This document shows positions 23,158-31,863 of a stretch of 33,932 nucleotides of DNA, one piece after another. The DNA is taken from positions 1-33,932 of the forward strand of contig JAOPYP010000247.1 in NCBI GenBank assembly GCA_025964635.1, read 5' to 3'. Numbering within the stretch: the stretch's first letter is position 1; every line of letters begins with the position of its first letter. This DNA comes from Actinomycetes bacterium (lineage in GTDB: Bacteria > Actinomycetota > Actinomycetes > Streptosporangiales > Streptosporangiaceae). The notes under the pieces are model-generated. The model searched no databases. It had not been told where the DNA came from and saw only the letters and a program-made list of their open reading frames with translations. The position numbers were made by a program, and so were the translations under genes.

Positions 23158-26100
23158 CTACGGGGTTCCGCTGTAGGCGGGGTCGATGGCCTCGATGCGG
23201 ATCCGCGCCGACTCGGCCTCCGGCACGCCGAGCCGTTCGAAGATGTCGAGCGCCTGCCGCAGGACGATCCGCGCGGCGTCCGGGCGCCGGGTGCTCAGCG
23301 TCGTTTCCGCGATTCCCTCGAGGATTTTGGCCTCCTCGTAGGGGTCACCGATCTCCCGGGCCAGCCTGAGGGCGGTGTGGTAATGATCGAACGCCTCGCC
23401 GTACCGGCCGGAACCCCGGCTCACGCCGGCTATCCCGCGCAGTGCCGTCACCTGCTGGGACAGGTTCCCGGTCTCCCCGGCGATCGATTGTGCTTTCTCG
23501 TGGCAGACCAGCGCCTCGTCGTAGCGATCAGCGCTCTGGTAAATGGCGCCGATATCGTTGAGGACGGCCGCTTCATTGGGAAGATCGCCGATGTCATGGT
23601 AGATGGCCAGGGCGCGGCCATAAGCGGTGAGCCCGTCCTCGTAGCTGCCCTTGTAATGGTAGACAGCCCCTATGTTGTGGTACAGGATCGCCTGGTTCTG
23701 CGCCCCGCCTATCTCGCGGAATATGCCCAGCGACTGCTGGTATCTCTCGAGGGCGTCCCGGTGGTAGCCGAGATACAGCTGCATCCGGCCCAGATTGTTC
23801 AGGGTCTTCGCCTGGCCGCGCCGGTCGCCGGCCTCCTGGTAGAGCGCCAGCGCCTCGCGCAGATGCTCCATGGCGTCGGGGTAGCGCCCGAGCTGCCAGG
23901 ACGCGATCCCGGAGTGGCTCAGCGTGGTGGCCACGCCGTGCTGGTCGCCGGTGTAGTGGAACAGGATCCGTGCCTCGTGGAAATGGGCCAGGGCCTCACG
24001 GGATCGTCCCGCCCGCTGGTGGGCCATGCCGGTCTGATCGAGGGCCTCGGCCTCGCCGCGCCGGTCGGACAGTGACCGGTAGATCGCGGCCGCGTCCTCG
24101 GCCAGGGGCAGGGCCGCCTCGTAGCGGCCGGTCTGCTGGCTCACCTCGCTGAGTTCCAGGGACGCCCGGGCCGTCCTGTCCGGATCGGCGAGGTCGCGGC
24201 TGGCCTGCAAGGCCCCGGTGTGGGCCGCGATCGCCTCACCCCAGTACGCCCCGATCTCCATGAATCCGGCCAGTGCGTGGGTGAGATCCGCGCACTTCTG
24301 CTTCCATTCGTGCCGCCCCGCGTGGTGCGCCGCCTGCAGGATGTTGCGCCACTCCGCTTCCAGCCAGGCGGCCGCGTCTTCCTCGCTGCGCAGCGCGGGG
24401 CCCGCCGTCGGCGGCTGGCTGCCCGGAAGCGGAATCCGGCGCCGGAACGGATGCAGGACCTGGTCCGCCTCGGTCGCGGTATGCAGGTAGTAGTCGAGCA
24501 GCCTGCCGACGGCCTGCCGCTGCTCGGACCGGGAATCCTCCTCCGCCGCGCGCATGGCCGCGTACCCGCGGATGAGGTCGTGGAAACGGAACTGGCCGGC
24601 CGGGGCCGGGGTCAGCAGATGGTGGTCGAGCAGGGCGGCGAGGGCTGTCTCCGCGTCGGCCAGGGTGCCTCCGCCCAGGGCCGCTGCCGCCTGCACGCTG
24701 ATGTGAGCGCAGGGGCTCACGCCCAGCCGCCGGAAGAACCGCTGGTGCGCCGGTTCCAGCGCCCGGTAGGCGAGGTCGAAGGCCGACATCACCTCCGGGC
24801 TGGCCGAGCCGGCGCTGTCCAACCGGGTGGGGGACTGCGACAGTTCCTGGACCAGTTCGCCGAACCTGGGCGGATAGTCCTGCGCGAGCCTGCCCGCGGC
24901 AAGCTGGATCGCGAGCGGCAGCCGCCCGCACAGCCGGACGGCCATAGCGGCCTCCCCCTCGTCGTCGGCGGTGCCGTGGCCCGCGACCCTCTGCAGCAGC
25001 GTGATCGCGTCGTCCACCGGCAGCGCATCCAGGGTCAGCGCGCGGGCACCCACCAGGCCAGGGAACGTGCGCCGGGTGGTGATCAGGATCAGGCATTCGC
25101 CTGCCTCAGGCAGGAGCGGGCGGATCTGGTCGTGCTGGCCCGCATCGTCGAGGATCACGATGGCGCGGCGGCGGCTCAGCTGGGCCCGCAGCAGCGCGGC
25201 GCGCTCGCCGAAGGCATCGGGTAGCTGGGTGGCCGGCGCGGTCAGCATCCGGAGCAGGCGGTGCAGGGCCTCGTCAGCGTCGAGCGACGGGTGCCCGGGG
25301 TCGTGCGTATGGAGGTTGAGGTAGAACGTCCCGTCCGGGTACTGCCCGGCGACGGCCCGGGCCGCGTGGATGGCCAGCGCCGTCTTCCCCACCCCGGCCA
25401 TGCCCTCGATGACGCTGATCTGCGGGACGTCCCCCTGGTCCCGGCTGAGACCATGCTGCCGGGTGAGCAGGTCGAGTTCCTCGCCGCGGCCCACGAACTC
25501 CGCCGTCTCGGGCGGAAGCGTGTCTGGCCGCAAGATCCGGCCCTGACGCAGGCTCCCCTGACGCAGGCGGCCCGGGCGCACGGCCAGCCCGGGGTCGTGG
25601 CGCAGGATGCGCTGATGCAGTTCGGACAGCAGGGGGCCTGGTTCCGTGCCCTGCTCCTCGATGAGGCGGCCGCGGATGTCCCGGTAGAGGCTGAGGGCCT
25701 CACCCGGCCTGCCGCTGCCGTAGAGGGCCGTCATCTGGTGGGCGATGAACGCCTCATCCAGCGGGTACTGCGCCAGCAGATGGCGGAGCTCACCGACCAG
25801 GTCGGCGTGACGGCCAAGCTCCAGTTCGCACTCGATGCGCTTGAGGATCGCCGCCCGGCGTTCCTCGTCCAGGCTGTGGCGCATCCGCGCCACCCAGTCG
25901 CCGCGGATCCCCGCGAAGGCCTGGCCTCGCCAGAGCCGGGCCGCCTCACGCAGCAGCGAGGCGGCGCGCTCGCAGTCGCCGTCGGCGGCCAGCACATCCG
26001 CCTGCCGGCGCAGGCGACGGAACTGGTGCAGATCAATGGTCTCCGGGGCGACGTCGAGTTCGTAGCCGCTGTCGCGCCCCGTCAGCCGGACACTCTCGCC

Positions 26101-26331
26101 AATGGCCTGCCGTAGTGACGCCCGGAGCCTCGTGATGTAGACGGAAAGGCTCTCCCGGGCCTTTGGCGGAGGCCGCGTATCCCAGACCCGGTCAATGAGA
26201 ACGTCCGTCGGCACTAAAGTGCGCGGCGTGAGCATGAGGATAGCCAGGACGCATCGCACCCTGGTTGGCCCAAGATCACGTTGCTGCCCGGCCGACCACA
26301 GTTCAATGGGCCCGAGCACCCGAAATTCCAT
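23158..26331 (-). CDS. AfsR-like SARP regulator (OmpR-type wHTH + BTAD + NB-ARC ATPase + TPR array)
   Basis: Full track ORF, 1057 aa. N-terminus MEFRVLGPIELW...DVLIDRVWD...SLSVYITRLR, BTAD region, Walker A GMAGVGKTALA, Walker B AIVILDDA, and a C-terminal half made of repeated TPR-like units. Confidence 0.9.
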   Translation of the reverse strand: MEFRVLGPIELWSAGQQRDLGPTRVRCVLAILMLTPRTLVPTDVLIDRVWDTRPPPKARESLSVYITRLRASLRQAIGESVRLTGRDSGYELDVAPETIDLHQFRRLRRQADVLAADGDCERAASLLREAARLWRGQAFAGIRGDWVARMRHSLDEERRAAILKRIECELELGRHADLVGELRHLLAQYPLDEAFIAHQMTALYGSGRPGEALSLYRDIRGRLIEEQGTEPGPLLSELHQRILRHDPGLAVRPGRLRQGSLRQGRILRPDTLPPETAEFVGRGEELDLLTRQHGLSRDQGDVPQISVIEGMAGVGKTALAIHAARAVAGQYPDGTFYLNLHTHDPGHPSLDADEALHRLLRMLTAPATQLPDAFGERAALLRAQLSRRRAIVILDDAGQHDQIRPLLPEAGECLILITTRRTFPGLVGARALTLDALPVDDAITLLQRVAGHGTADDEGEAAMAVRLCGRLPLAIQLAAGRLAQDYPPRFGELVQELSQSPTRLDSAGSASPEVMSAFDLAYRALEPAHQRFFRRLGVSPCAHISVQAAAALGGGTLADAETALAALLDHHLLTPAPAGQFRFHDLIRGYAAMRAAEEDSRSEQRQAVGRLLDYYLHTATEADQVLHPFRRRIPLPGSQPPTAGPALRSEEDAAAWLEAEWRNILQAAHHAGRHEWKQKCADLTHALAGFMEIGAYWGEAIAAHTGALQASRDLADPDRTARASLELSEVSQQTGRYEAALPLAEDAAAIYRSLSDRRGEAEALDQTGMAHQRAGRSREALAHFHEARILFHYTGDQHGVATTLSHSGIASWQLGRYPDAMEHLREALALYQEAGDRRGQAKTLNNLGRMQLYLGYHRDALERYQQSLGIFREIGGAQNQAILYHNIGAVYHYKGSYEDGLTAYGRALAIYHDIGDLPNEAAVLNDIGAIYQSADRYDEALVCHEKAQSIAGETGNLSQQVTALRGIAGVSRGSGRYGEAFDHYHTALRLAREIGDPYEEAKILEGIAETTLSTRRPDAARIVLRQALDIFERLGVPEAESARIRIEAIDPAYSGTP

Positions 26332-26862
26332 GATCGCCCTGCGTCTTCTGGCCAGCTGCGGAACCGCCCGCAGCTGAGGCCCGAAACAGATGTAGTTGAA
26401 AATCGTTCCACGGTACTGATACCCGTAATAGGCCGTTTCACGCTAAGCCGGACCGTATTGGCGGACAGGAATGTTCACGGCCGCGGCGCGCGGTGCAATT
26501 TGTCGTGCACATTGCAGTTATCGCCGCGGTCTTCTGGCCGCCAGTGGCCGTTGTCACGTGTCACCGGTCCCGGGAGCCCGCACCGTACCAGCCATTGCTG
26601 ATGGTTTCACCAGGTGACGTCAGTCCCACGCACCACACCCGTGCGGCCTGATGTCGCGGCCTCGCGGCCCGCGGGAGATCACCGGGAGGCCTCCGGTCGC
26701 GGGCGCACCACGACGTTGATCATGCCGCGGCCGGGTCCTCCCGGCACACCCGGGGTTATCGCGTGAATTACTCCAAATGCCATATCTGGTCACGCATTGG
26801 GGTGTAGTTTCGCACTCGCAGATGGCCTGATGTCTAAGTCACCGACAAGGGGACATTCTACT

Positions 26863-27150
26863 ATGAAGAATCATAGGTCGTTAAGGCACAGCATCATGCA
26901 GGCCGGCGGGCCGGCGGGCGGTGCTCACCGTGGCCCCTCGGCGGGAATTGCGCGCCTCCGGGTGATGCGCGGAATTCTCGTTCTCGCTCTCACCCTGGGC
27001 GGTGTGGCCGCCGTCGCGCTGGCCTGGCCAGGGCATGTCAGCTCAGGTCACGCCCGGGTCGCCGTACAGCACCGCGCTCACGGTCCGGCCCGTCCGGCCG
27101 GCCTTCGCCTGACGGTGAGCAAGTCCGTCCCCAGGCCCTGGATGTATTAG
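26863..27150 (+). CDS. Hypothetical small single-pass membrane protein with an in-frame TTA codon
   Basis: Part of track ORF 26797..27150, starting at the ATG at 26863 with an AAGGGGA RBS 9 nt upstream. TTA at 26881-26883. One TM segment (GILVLALTLGGVAAVALAW). Third-position GC is atypically low, so coding status is uncertain. Confidence 0.35.
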   Translation: MKNHRSLRHSIMQAGGPAGGAHRGPSAGIARLRVMRGILVLALTLGGVAAVALAWPGHVSSGHARVAVQHRAHGPARPAGLRLTVSKSVPRPWMY

Positions 27151-27402
27151 GCCGGGATTGCTTCGGGCCGGCGGGTGAGTCGCGGCCCGCTCCATTCCTG
27201 CGAACCCGCCAGGACAGCCTGCTAAACGTCATAGTCGCCAGCTGACATTGGCGTGGCCCACCCCGTAACCGCCACTGTTCCAGGGCCGCGGATTTCGGTC
27301 ATTCCGCCGGCGGGCCGGCGTATCCGGCCGGTCCGCCGGCGGTCCCGGCCCGCGGTTCCGGCTCGCCGGCCCGGGCCGCGGCCTGACCCGGGCCTGCCCC
27401 GG

Positions 27403-27573
27403 CTAGAGAGAATCCCAGTGCGGCGGCCGGTCCCGGTAGAGGCGCTCGTCGTCGTCCGGCTCGGCGGCCTCACCCCAGCCGGCGTCGGTGTCTTCCCGGC
27501 TCTGCGCGGGCAGGACCGGTTCGTCGTCCGGGTCCGGGGAGCCAGCGGTGGCCGGCTGCTGCGGGGTATTCAT
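27403..27573 (-). CDS. Small acidic protein (56 aa), not in the ORF track
   Basis: Hand translation: MNTPQQPATAGSPDPDDEPVLPAQSREDTDAGWGEAAEPDDDERLYRDRPPHWDSL. ATG at 27571-27573 preceded by GGAAGGA. High third-position GC throughout. Stop TAG at 27403-27405. Confidence 0.55.
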   Translation of the reverse strand: MNTPQQPATAGSPDPDDEPVLPAQSREDTDAGWGEAAEPDDDERLYRDRPPHWDSL

Positions 27574-27666
27574 CAGGTCCTTCCTATCACCGCCCGCGGG
27601 GTGGCCCGGGCGTCCGCGTGATCCACCACATCCAGGTGCCGCGGCCTCAGCCCGCGAGAGACGTCT

Positions 27667-27690
27667 GGGAGAAGCTTTTCAGCTTCTTCC
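27667..27690 (-). terminator. Hairpin downstream of the DJ-1/PfpI gene
   Basis: GGGAGAAGCT-TTTC-AGCTTCTTCC: a 10-bp stem with one G-U pair, 42 nt after the stop at 27732. No U-tract, as is common in actinomycetes. Confidence 0.4.
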
Positions 27691-27731
27691 GGCTTCCACC
27701 TGGGCGGAGGCCACGATCCGCCGCGACGGGG

Positions 27732-28289
27732 TCAGCTCGCCACGCGGGCCTTGCTGAACTGCTTGACGATCGCCGGGCAGAACGCGGGCAGGTCCGCCGG
27801 TGAGCGGCTGGTGGTGAACTGGCCATCGATGCAGACTTCCTCGTCGACCGCCTCCGCGCCCGCGTTGCGCAGGTCGGTCCGCAGGCTCGGCCAGGATGTG
27901 AGCCGGTGACCGCGGACGACGCCGGCCTCGACGAGGGTCCACGGGCCGTGGCAGATTGCCGCGACCGGCTTGCCGGTGGCCACGAACTCCTTGACAAAGC
28001 GGACCGCGTTCTGGTTCATGCGCAGCAGGTCGGGGTTGACGGTGCCGCCGGGCAGCAGCAGCGCGTCGTACTCGCCGGGAGAGGCGTCCGTGACCAGCCG
28101 GTCTACCGGGAACGTTCCCGCGGAGACCAGATCGAACTGGCGGGCCTGGATCTCCCCGGTGTGGATCGACAGGAGGTCGCTGGCGGCACCGGCGCCGTAC
28201 AGCGCGCCCCGCGGCTGCTCGAGTTCGATTCGCTCGACTCCGTCGGTGGCGAGGATCGCGATCCGCATGCCCTTCAGATCGTCAGCCAT
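27732..28289 (-). CDS. DJ-1/PfpI family protein
   Basis: Track ORF 27732..28379 trimmed to the ATG at 28287-28289, which is preceded by AAGGAG. Nucleophile elbow AAICHGPW and LLLPGG motif. Confidence 0.9.
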   Translation of the reverse strand: MADDLKGMRIAILATDGVERIELEQPRGALYGAGAASDLLSIHTGEIQARQFDLVSAGTFPVDRLVTDASPGEYDALLLPGGTVNPDLLRMNQNAVRFVKEFVATGKPVAAICHGPWTLVEAGVVRGHRLTSWPSLRTDLRNAGAEAVDEEVCIDGQFTTSRSPADLPAFCPAIVKQFSKARVAS

Positions 28290-28458
28290 GTTTATCTGCT
28301 CCTTCTGGTCGCCGGCACGGGGACCGTTCGCCGTGTCCCGGGTGAGGGGAGGCCAGGCCGCTGGCGCCTCAACAGCCACGGCGGCACGCAGGTTGTCCCC
28401 GGGTACGACACTTCCCGATGGGGGAAACCGTCACATCCCCCGGACAGCTAGGTGCGGT

Positions 28459-29055
28459 CTAGCGCCCGGCGCTGGCGGTCCGCCGTGGCTGCAGGCCATC
28501 GCTGATGAGGACGGCGAGGGCGCCGGGCGGGATCAGCGTGAGGCTGGGCTCGCCGAGGAGGGGGGCCATCCCGGCGGCGATAGCCAGCAGGTGGGCGGCG
28601 GCGTCATGCTCGGGCCGGGGGTCGCCCGGGTGCTGGCTGGCCTGGGCGAGATAGCGGGCGATGATCGTGGTCATCTGCTCGTGCAGTTCCAGGGCGCGCT
28701 GCCGGATCTCCGGGTGGGCCGCGACTTCCTGGATGACGATCTTGCGGACCGGGGACGGTTCGCCGAGCACGGCGGACAGGTGCCGCCACAGCCCGGCCAC
28801 GGCCGGGCGCAGGCCGGCCTCCGGCGCCGGCGCCGGGAGGAGACCGTCCAGGAGGGTGGCCTGGTCCTCCCGGATCACGGCGAGCAGGAGCGCCATCTTC
28901 GTCTTGAAGTGGTAGAAGATCAGCCCCTGCGGGACGCGCGCTTCCGCCGCGATGAGCGCCGTGGACGTGTGGTCGAAGCCGCGCTCGGCGAACAGCCGCT
29001 CGGCCGCGGCCAGGATGCGCCCGCGGGCTGTGCGGTCGGTCTGCTCACCGCCCAT
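28459..29055 (-). CDS. TetR-family transcriptional regulator
   Basis: Full track ORF. HTH region RILAAAERLFAERGFDHTSTALIAAEARVPQGLIFYHFKTK. Lies 28 nt downstream of the FMN enzyme gene on the same strand. Confidence 0.85.
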   Translation of the reverse strand: MGGEQTDRTARGRILAAAERLFAERGFDHTSTALIAAEARVPQGLIFYHFKTKMALLLAVIREDQATLLDGLLPAPAPEAGLRPAVAGLWRHLSAVLGEPSPVRKIVIQEVAAHPEIRQRALELHEQMTTIIARYLAQASQHPGDPRPEHDAAAHLLAIAAGMAPLLGEPSLTLIPPGALAVLISDGLQPRRTASAGR

Positions 29056-29083
29056 GGGGCTGCTCCGTTCCCGCGTGATCCGC

Positions 29084-30262
29084 TCAGATCTTGCGGTCGA
29101 GTGCGAACCCGTCGGGCACGATCAGGTCGTCAGGTGACAGGTCGCGAATGGAGGCCTTGCCCAGGCCCAGCAGCGTCTCGCTGGCCCCCTGGCGCAGGAT
29201 CTCGATCACGTTGGTGACGCCCCGCTCGCCAGAGGCGGCCATGCCCCAGAGGTAGGCCCGGCCGATCATCACGGCGTGCGCGCCCAGGGCGAGGGCCTTG
29301 ACCACGTCACTGCCCCGCCGGATGCCGCCGTCCAGCAGCACCTCGATCTGGTCGCCGACCGCGTCGGCCACGCCGGGCAGGCAGCGGATGGTGGCGGGGG
29401 TGGAGTCCAGGTTGTTGCCGCCGTGGTTGGACACCGAGATGGCGGTGGCCCCGATGTCGACCGCGCGCCGCGCGTCGTCCGGCCGGGTGATGCCCTTGAT
29501 CATGAATGGGCCGCCCCACTGCTCGCGCAGCCAGGCGAGGTCCTCCCAGGTGGGAGGGGCGGACCCCATCCACTGGCCGTACGCGCCGAAGAACGTGGGG
29601 ATCTGCGCGTCGCGGGCGCCGAGGTTGGGCACGCCCAGGTCGGGCAGGGAGCCGCTGCGGATCCACCGGGCCAGGTACCCGGGCCTGACCGCGACCTGGG
29701 GCGCGTACCTCAGCATGGCCTTGAGGTCCAGCGTCTCCGGGATCCAGGGGCTGCCCCAGTCGCGGCGGGAGTCGAAGACCCAGTCCAGGGTGACGATCAG
29801 GCCCTTGGCGCCGGCCGCGCGGGCCCGCTCGGCCCGGGTCAGGATGTCCTCGCGGGTGCCCACCCAGTAGCTCTGGAACAGCAGTTTGTCGATGGCCTTC
29901 CCGACTTCCTCGACCGGCTTGGACGCGAACGACGACAGTCCCATGGCCGTGCCCGCGGCGGCCGCCGCCCGGGCCACCGCCACCTCGCCGTCGGGGTGCA
30001 CGGCCTGCACCCCGGTCGGCGAGATCAGCACCGGCAGGCTGACCGCCTGGCCCATCACGGTGGTGGCCAGGTCACGGGTCGCGGGCAGATCCGCCACGTG
30101 CGGCCGGAACCGGAGCTCGGAGAACGCGGTGACGTTGTCGTTCATCGTCACGCCGGCCTCGGCGCCGGCCACCAAGGCCAGGTAGACACCCTTCGGCAGC
30201 CGCTTCTTCGCCCGGCGCTGGGCCTCCGCGACCGTCTCGAACCAATCCCTCGTACTGGCCAT
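29084..30262 (-). CDS. FMN-dependent alpha-hydroxy-acid oxidase/dehydrogenase family enzyme (LldD/glycolate oxidase/MftD family)
   Basis: Track ORF 29084..30358 trimmed to the ATG at 30260-30262, 1 nt after the SDR stop. Motifs SPTGVQ, IKGI, SVSNHGGNNLD, DGGIRRGSDVVKALALGA and IGRAYLWG. Confidence 0.9.
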   Translation of the reverse strand: MASTRDWFETVAEAQRRAKKRLPKGVYLALVAGAEAGVTMNDNVTAFSELRFRPHVADLPATRDLATTVMGQAVSLPVLISPTGVQAVHPDGEVAVARAAAAAGTAMGLSSFASKPVEEVGKAIDKLLFQSYWVGTREDILTRAERARAAGAKGLIVTLDWVFDSRRDWGSPWIPETLDLKAMLRYAPQVAVRPGYLARWIRSGSLPDLGVPNLGARDAQIPTFFGAYGQWMGSAPPTWEDLAWLREQWGGPFMIKGITRPDDARRAVDIGATAISVSNHGGNNLDSTPATIRCLPGVADAVGDQIEVLLDGGIRRGSDVVKALALGAHAVMIGRAYLWGMAASGERGVTNVIEILRQGASETLLGLGKASIRDLSPDDLIVPDGFALDRKI

Positions 30263-30263
30263 C

Positions 30264-31079
30264 TCAGAACTCCGTAACGCCGGCGTCCGGCGCGATCTCG
30301 TGCGCGGTGATGAATTTCGATTCGTCCGAGGCGAGGAACAGCACGGTGTCCGCGACATCCTCAGGCTCGGTGCCGTCCACCGGCAGCATGTTCATGAACA
30401 TCGGGCCGAGCCGGTCGTAGCCGGCGATCGCCGCCCCGATCTCGGCCTGCATGGTCCCGGATCCCATCGGGGTGTTCACGCCGGTGGGGTGGACGCTGTT
30501 CACCCGGATATTGTGCTGGCCCAGCTCGGCCGCGAAGGCCTTGGCCATGCCCCGCACGGCGAATTTGCTGGTGGTGTACGGCACCATGAACGGCTGCACC
30601 TTGAGGCCCGCCGCCGAGCTGATCAGGATGACCGAGCCGCCGCCCGCCTCGACCAGGTGCGGGGCCCCGGCCATCACCGTGTTCCAGGTGCCGGTGATGT
30701 TCGTGCTGATCGTGTCCTCGTAGATCTGCGGGGTCACCTGATCCCACGGCTTCGGCACGCAGATCCCGGCGTTGGCCACGATGATGTCCAGCCGGCCCAG
30801 CTGCTGGACCGCGTCGTCCACGATCCCGCGCAGCCGGCCCAGGTCGCGGACATCCACGATGCCGGAGATCACCCGGCGGCCGGTCTTCTCGGCCAGGCTG
30901 ACCGTCTCGGCCAGGTCTTCCGGCGTCGCCGAGTCGTAGGGGACGCTGGGGAGCGGCGCGCACACGTCCACCACGATCACGTCGGCGCCTTCCTCAGCCA
31001 GGCGCAGCGCGTCCGCACGGCCCTGTCCCCGGGCCGCCCCTGTAATCAGCGCGACCTTGCCTGCCACCCGACCACTCAT
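30264..31079 (-). CDS. Short-chain dehydrogenase/reductase, mycofactocin-coupled-like subfamily
   Basis: Track ORF 30264..31106 with preferred start ATG 31077-31079 (MSGRVAGKVALITGAARGQGR), preceded by GGTGAGG. Catalytic YTTSK. Motifs GTWNTV and SVHPTGVNTPM. Confidence 0.85.
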   Translation of the reverse strand: MSGRVAGKVALITGAARGQGRADALRLAEEGADVIVVDVCAPLPSVPYDSATPEDLAETVSLAEKTGRRVISGIVDVRDLGRLRGIVDDAVQQLGRLDIIVANAGICVPKPWDQVTPQIYEDTISTNITGTWNTVMAGAPHLVEAGGGSVILISSAAGLKVQPFMVPYTTSKFAVRGMAKAFAAELGQHNIRVNSVHPTGVNTPMGSGTMQAEIGAAIAGYDRLGPMFMNMLPVDGTEPEDVADTVLFLASDESKFITAHEIAPDAGVTEF

Positions 31080-31134
31080 CAGCCTCACCACTTCATCCTG
31101 GGCCACATCCGCGGGCGGCGATCGCGTCGCCCTG

Positions 31135-31148
31135 ACTGAGTACTCAGT
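31135..31148. promoter_or_regulatory. Perfect 14-bp palindrome ACTGAGTACTCAGT in the SDR/TetR divergent region
   Basis: Read directly. AGTTTAG also recurs at 31146-31152 and 31194-31200. Typical of a TetR operator. Confidence 0.5.
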
Positions 31149-31252
31149 TTAGTACCATCCCAGGACGCACTAGACGACAGGTGTCCGTTAGAGCTAGTTT
31201 AGGGAAGGTGGGGGATCACGCTGCTGGCCGGGACGCCAGCCGCCGGCGTTCC

Positions 31253-31834
31253 ATGATCGATAACACGGATCCGCGCGCGGTCCGGACCCGCGAGAAGCTG
31301 ATCTGCGCCTTCAACGAGGCGGTGCTCGACTCCGATCCGAGCACGATGTCCGTCAGCGCCCTGGCCCGCGCGGCCGGCGTGAACCGCACATCGTTCTACA
31401 GTCACTTCTCCTCGCCCGAGGATCTCGCGATCCACGCGCTGAGCGAACTGTTCGACGTGGTCGGGAACGCGGACATCGTCATGCGCTCGCGGCACACCGT
31501 GTCCGGTACCGAGGCCAGCCGGCGGGCACTGCGGGACATCGCCGGCTTCGTGGAGGAGCGGCGTGCGTCGTACGCGCGGCTGCTCGGACCCGGCGCCGCA
31601 CCCCAGCTGGTGCGGGCGATCACCGAGGCCTTCACCGGGCGGACCGTCGAGGCCCTGGAGCGGATGGAGGCGCGCCCGGCCGCCGCGGACCCCGTGATCA
31701 CGGCGCGGTTCCTGGCGGGCGGCGTACTGGGCGTGATCGGCGCCTGGCTGTCCGGGCCGCCCGGCCACTGCACAACGGATGAGCTGGTCGAGGCGCTGAT
31801 CCAGTGCCTGCCGGGCTGGCTGATCGCTGACTGA
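31253..31834 (+). CDS. TetR-family transcriptional regulator
   Basis: Track ORF 31181..31834; the start is uncertain (GTG 31181, GTG 31208 or ATG 31253). HTH region REKLICAFNEAVLDSDPSTMSVSALARAAGVNRTSFYSHF. Confidence 0.8.
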   Translation: MIDNTDPRAVRTREKLICAFNEAVLDSDPSTMSVSALARAAGVNRTSFYSHFSSPEDLAIHALSELFDVVGNADIVMRSRHTVSGTEASRRALRDIAGFVEERRASYARLLGPGAAPQLVRAITEAFTGRTVEALERMEARPAAADPVITARFLAGGVLGVIGAWLSGPPGHCTTDELVEALIQCLPGWLIAD

Positions 31835-31863
31835 CCGATAACACCGAGGAAGGAAATATCCCC

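Noticed and set aside
23158-23176. CTACGGGGTTCCGCTGTAG, considered as a fifth BlaI-type operator
   Set aside because: The spacing is wrong (9-10 nt rather than 3 between arms) and only 4-5 bases per arm match. It overlaps the SARP stop codon inside GC-rich coding sequence.
26777-26830. 17-aa ORF MPYLVTHWGVVSHSQMA upstream of the TTA ORF
   Set aside because: There is no RBS, and it lies in an A/T-rich promoter-like patch. It is most likely a chance ORF.
27222-27302. 26-aa peptide MTEIRGPGTVAVTGWATPMSAGDYDV, considered as a RiPP/lasso precursor
   Set aside because: There is no Thr at the penultimate leader position and no Asp/Glu at core positions 7-9. The RBS is weak with no spacing, the codons are A/T-ending, and no maturation enzymes (cyclase, protease, rSAM, LanM etc.) are anywhere in the window.
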